Assembly (NCBI GenBank): GCA_002457275.1
Contig: NTKD01000003.1
Coordinates: forward strand, 14,289-38,288
DNA from: OM182 bacterium MED-G24
GTDB lineage: Bacteria > Pseudomonadota > Gammaproteobacteria > Pseudomonadales > Azotimanducaceae
Direction: 5' to 3'
Length of the DNA: 24,000 nt
The notes under the pieces are model-generated. The model made no database searches and was not told the DNA's origin. It worked only from the letters and a program-made list of their open reading frames with translations. How positions within the stretch are numbered: position 1 is the first letter of the stretch; each line of letters starts with the position of its first letter. The translations under genes and the position numbers were made by a program. This document shows positions 23,597 through 24,000 of the stretch, one piece after another.

Positions 23597-24000
23597 ATGT
23601 CTACACCCGTTCTTGTCGGTATTGCTCACATCGAGCAACGCATCACTGACTGGACCGAAGGTAAGGAACCGCTCGATCTGATGATTGACGCAGTGAAAGC
23701 TGCCGTGCGGGACACGTCTACCGAACTGGTTCCACAGATCGACGCAATCCATGTGATTGGCGGACTTTGGCAATACAAAGACCCTGCAGCGTATATCGCT
23801 GAGCACATCGGGGCAGGAAAGGTCGAGACCGGGATCACCACCCTGGGTGGCAACATGGTGCAGTACGCCCTCAGTCAATCGGCGCTTGAAATACAACGTG
23901 GCACAAAGCGTGTTGTCGTCATCACGGGTGCAGAATGTGGGAATCTCGCTGCCAAGGCACGAAAAGCCGGTGCCCAACCCAACTGGAAGAATGCGGCAGG
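23597..24000 (+). CDS. thiolase-like (SCP-x/Ltp-type) protein, 5' partial, runs off the window
   Basis: Not in the ORF track because no stop lies inside the window. ATG 23597 is preceded by AAGGAAG. The sequence is MSTPVLVGIAHIEQRITDWTEGKEPLDLMIDAVKAAVRDTSTELVPQIDAIHVIGG...GITTLGGNMVQYALSQSALEIQRGTKRVVVITGAE, which has the layout of a thiolase N-terminal domain. Confidence 0.8.
   Translation, partial: MSTPVLVGIAHIEQRITDWTEGKEPLDLMIDAVKAAVRDTSTELVPQIDAIHVIGGLWQYKDPAAYIAEHIGAGKVETGITTLGGNMVQYALSQSALEIQRGTKRVVVITGAECGNLAAKARKAGAQPNWKNAA

Noticed and set aside
1-24000. Stop-codon reassignment or suppression as the explanation for in-frame TAG/TAA (at Tyr positions) and TGA codons
   Set aside because: All three stop codons also terminate clearly intact genes here. 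TAG ends modA, the acylase, the aldolase, the CoA-transferase and the ABM gene. TAA ends Gfo/Idh/MocA and both ACADs. TGA ends DUF3604, the OMT, PhyH, the 2OG oxygenase, the MFS gene and Bfd. The affected genes also carry frameshifts, truncations and damaged motifs, so ordinary pseudogenisation fits better.
1-24000. CRISPR arrays, tandem repeat arrays, IS elements, rRNA and riboswitches (for example Moco upstream of modA)
   Set aside because: Reading the intergenic regions showed no regularly spaced repeats or terminal inverted repeats. The modA upstream region is only about 38 nt, too short for a riboswitch.

Overview
This is a bacterial chromosomal segment, moderately GC-rich by eye and proteobacterial in gene content. 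All calls come from hand translation and remembered family motifs; no searches were run. I support about 25 genes. From the left: tRNA-Arg(CCG), a broken STAS-like gene, a truncated TPR/S41-peptidase-like remnant, a lone modA, and a UDP-glucuronate decarboxylase gene carrying two in-frame stops. Next come an orphan SMI1/KNR4 (SUKH) gene, a small ORF-DUF3604-parvulin-like trio, and a Gfo/Idh/MocA oxidoreductase. A minus-strand HpcH aldolase / NTF2-like (frameshifted) / leaderless penicillin-acylase operon follows, then a heavily eroded HAD-UbiA fusion pseudogene. The right 10 kb is a co-directional minus-strand block in two parts. Part (a) holds two acyl-CoA dehydrogenases, a tandem family-III CoA-transferase and an ABM monooxygenase. 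Part (b) holds an O-methyltransferase, a PhyH-family Fe/2OG enzyme, a second 2OG oxygenase, an MFS transporter, a Bfd-like [2Fe-2S] protein and a small ORF, all behind an AT-rich, Fur-box-like, inverted-repeat-rich region. That region is shared with a divergent, Cys-less thiolase-like gene that runs off the window. Three things deserve a second look. First, the iron-linked oxygenase/methyltransferase/exporter cassette, whose PhyH member shows H-G-G where the family has HxD, a halogenase-type signature. Second, the single-chain double CoA-transferase with a degenerate N-terminal copy. Third, the high density of point-inactivated genes (at least 5 of about 25) sitting among long intact genes. 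I saw no CRISPR array, transposase, integrase, rRNA or large repeat family.
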